DNA of 64,000 nt, from assembly GCF_000150275.1 (NCBI RefSeq), contig NW_002060943.1, positions 6,874,299-6,938,298 on the forward strand, written 5' to 3'. Source of the DNA: Trichoplax adhaerens (lineage: Eukaryota > Animalia > Placozoa). Numbering within the stretch: position 1 is the stretch's first letter; each line of letters begins with the position of its first letter. Position numbers and translations under genes: made by a program. A model generated the notes under the pieces. That model had not been told where the DNA came from. It saw only the letters and a program-made list of their open reading frames with translations, and searched no databases. Below are positions 61,967-64,000 of the stretch, piece by piece.

Positions 61967-64000
61967 GTAAGTACATTTATTACAGCAAAGATTAATAGCT
62001 TATTGAATGTCTCATATTATTTCAACATGCAGTATGTCTTGTTTGATTGATTTAATTTTTTAACATTTTTTTATTATTTTAACCGTATCAAATTTGCACT
62101 ACCTATAACAGTCATGTTATGCGACTTCATAACATGACTAGCACATTATGTTGCGCTATCAAGATCAATTTGCTTTTTGTATGTACAAGTACATCTTACC
62201 TATAGGAATTATATTCTTCTTGAAGGGTTATTCATAGACTGCATATTATCTCAAGAGAATATATTATGTTATTGAAGTTACTTTACACCAATGTATTTAG
62301 ACAATTTAAAAACTGTTTGACCAATAACCATTATTATTGTCTATTGGTAGTATTGTGATCAAGAATATTTTAGCACAGGAATATTCTCTAGAATAAGATA
62401 TGAGAAAGACCAACAACTTTAAACATTATATGATAAATTGAAACTTGGCATAATGATAAATGTACTAATATATACGGGTATGTCCCCTACTACATTCGTA
62501 TCGTATTACTTTATGGTATAATTCTTCTATCACTGTTGGTAATAGATGATAGGTTTATCAGTGAGATAAATTAAAAGTACTCCTTTAAATATTCATCACG
62601 ACAATCTCGGTAATATGAAGATCACGGCCTATATAGCATTCTTATGTACTAATGGTAATAACATGTACAGTAATAAGCAGCAACTCGCGTTAAATTCAAA
62701 TTTCTGCTTAAGATAAGTTTTAACTTATTGTGTTGTAGTTATCGACATACAAGTATCTCGTATTATTACTTCTACCATATCGATCTAATATACATTATCT
62801 TGTAATATGCGTTATACAGTATTCTTGTATAGGACGTTCTAGCGTTAGCAATTTCATCTTATGCGTCCATCTCATTATATCATTAACTGCATACAATAAC
62901 TTGCATTGCTGTCCTATAAAATTCATCAAGTAAATTGTCTTTGAGTTATCATACTCTATCCGGTATTATCATCATCTGGTTCACTATTTTTAATCGACAA
63001 ATTCGACGTAAGATGAAGACAAATAACACTTATATTAGATATATCAAAAAATTGCAAACTTCGCGTGGCCAATATTCCAATCACTAGAATTTGCTTACTT
63101 TTATAAATATGAGGTAATATATTTTACGGTATTTTTTAATTTTAGTACATGCTTATAACGATCCACAGAAGTGGATCGTTTTTACAGCATTTAGTATTTA
63201 AATGTCCTAGCACAGACTCATTTCATGATCATATCTTGTTCAATGTCCAGCATCTTTCTATGCCTTGACCTATTGAACTTTTTTCTATTTTCCCCTCATC
63301 TATCCTTCCGTTAGTTGACAAAAGAAGAATAAAACATGGGCCCTCCTATTAACTTTCATTCTATACGGTCTAGATTATTTTGTCAACTCTGGAAAGTACT
63401 AAACCAATATTAGAATTTAATTTAGAGCATTTTTTACTATTTTCATGACTGGATCTCACATATTACTCATTTTAATACTCAAAAAGGTAGCGAATAAATG
63501 ATTATTGCCTATATTTAGTCCTTATTATGATAAAAATGATGAGATGAAAACTATCTACTGTATATTCAGAAACAAACATCAAATAGTAGCATACTCGTAG
63601 AATCACATGCTATCTCCTTGTTTTGTGGCTTGCCTTTATTTATACCGTTGGATTTACTAGTCCTGTTGAAATTTTTAATAAGGCGTTATGGATAATAGCC
63701 GATGATTGTTGCTTTAATTCATAATATTATGATTGTGCTTGGTGACAATCTATCTTACTCAATGGGTTGTAGTCATTTAAAAGAAAAAGAGGAGAAGAGC
63801 TTACAGCATTGGATAACATCTGCGTATCAAAATTTCTTCTAATTATTCTAGTTTCACAGGCGTTGTCTTGTATTGTCTCAAATCATTCCTATTATTCCTA
63901 CCGATAGACCTATAGACTCCTTTCATATGCTTAAGAAATCTCTTGTATGATTAAACAAATTACGTATGTACATATTTCTATTTAAATACTACAATCACCT

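Noticed and set aside
63157-63185. Hairpin plus T-run as a rho-independent terminator
   Set aside because: Eukaryotic intron context; no bacterial genes nearby.

Overview
AT-rich (roughly two-thirds A+T) eukaryotic, intron-containing DNA. Short GT-AG introns, composition and gene style suggest an early-branching animal, possibly a placozoan (Trichoplax-like); this is inference only. The first ~44.5 kb is a tandem array of SLCO/OATP (SLC21, OATP4-like) organic-anion transporter genes. It holds the last exon of one gene, five complete genes that I could splice by hand into open frames (701, 812, 705, 686 and 783 aa; intron phases 1-0-2-0-2 shared), and one decayed pseudogene whose exon 3 is interrupted by a 1.39-kb TG...CA element (solo-LTR/Ginger-like). 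The paralogs differ at functionally studied positions: the TM3 His is Gln in one copy, TM11 charges are swapped, the C-terminal PDZ-type tails differ, and there are repeat-expanded termini and one private intron. Intergenic spacers contain heavily decayed relics of two class-A GPCR genes and a TPR gene, a GC-richer island with a ~113-bp minisatellite, and several two-copy local duplications. From 52.8 kb to the window end lie three small exons (132, 45 and 63 bp) separated by multi-kb introns; the ORF track covers only the first. They encode the start of a PH domain of a type II diacylglycerol kinase (DGK delta/eta-like). No rRNA, tRNA or CRISPR was seen.
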